The notes beneath the pieces were generated by a model. That model searched no databases. It had not been told where the DNA came from and was given only the letters and a program-made list of their open reading frames with translations. A stretch of 64,000 nt of DNA from Cytophagia bacterium (GTDB lineage: Bacteria; Bacteroidota; Bacteroidia; Cytophagales; Microscillaceae): NCBI GenBank assembly GCA_004294005.1, contig RDZP01000002.1, positions 2,272 through 66,271 on the forward strand, given 5' to 3'. Both the position numbers and the translations under genes were made by a program. Shown piece by piece: positions 63,323-64,000 of this stretch (positions within the stretch are counted from its first letter, which is position 1; each line of letters starts with the position of its first letter).

Positions 63323-63396
63323 ATTAAAAAAAAATAACTTTTCTAAATTTTTTTCAAAAAAATTAGAAAAGTTATAAATAAATGATTGATTTGTTT

Positions 63397-64000
<604 letters not shown>

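Overview
This is a very AT-rich (about 30% G+C by eye) bacterial chromosomal window. Gene content and signals suggest Bacteroidota, probably a Cytophagia/Flexibacter-like organism; this placement is inference only. The supporting signs are TAnnTTTG-type -7 boxes near start codons, an ECF sigma / membrane anti-sigma-like / OM beta-barrel trio, TolC, DUF-type OM barrels, Uma2 and several SpoIIE/PP2C sensor phosphatases. I support about 55 protein-coding genes. Most are housekeeping: pdxH (partial), mreB, guaA, transketolase N-subunit, POT peptide transporter, nnr, hisS, def, carA, tsaB, recQ, pdxJ and hppD (partial). I saw no rRNA, tRNA, CRISPR array, transposase, integrase or phage gene. Unusual content falls into six groups. 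(1) Two transcription units (MerC-like + ABC/DUF3526 transporter, and COG0523 GTPase + lipoprotein) each follow an almost identical 47-bp promoter block carrying a perfect 7-1-7 palindrome, which looks like a Fur/Zur-family operator. (2) A type II R-M pair with an 11-nt R/M overlap sits next to a 738-aa MBL-fold + tandem cNMP-binding-like protein. (3) Three paralogous SpoIIE phosphatases with different sensor modules occur with a lone DUF1987 (SiaC-like) gene. (4) A 75-aa protein is 59% Asp/Glu. (5) A 315-bp MITE-like element has perfect 17-bp terminal inverted repeats and a 10-bp flanking direct repeat; it carries two nested copies of item 6, and an 83-bp relative lies elsewhere in the window. 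(6) A hairpin repeat family has a conserved ~31-nt core but copy-specific stems, and is found only in convergent-gene gaps. I do not see a clear-cut novel multi-gene system. The best leads are the hairpin/MITE repeat biology, the putative metal-responsive regulon with its unknown lipoprotein, and the MBL-cNMP protein beside the R-M pair. All functional calls rest on motif recognition from the translations, since no database search was possible.
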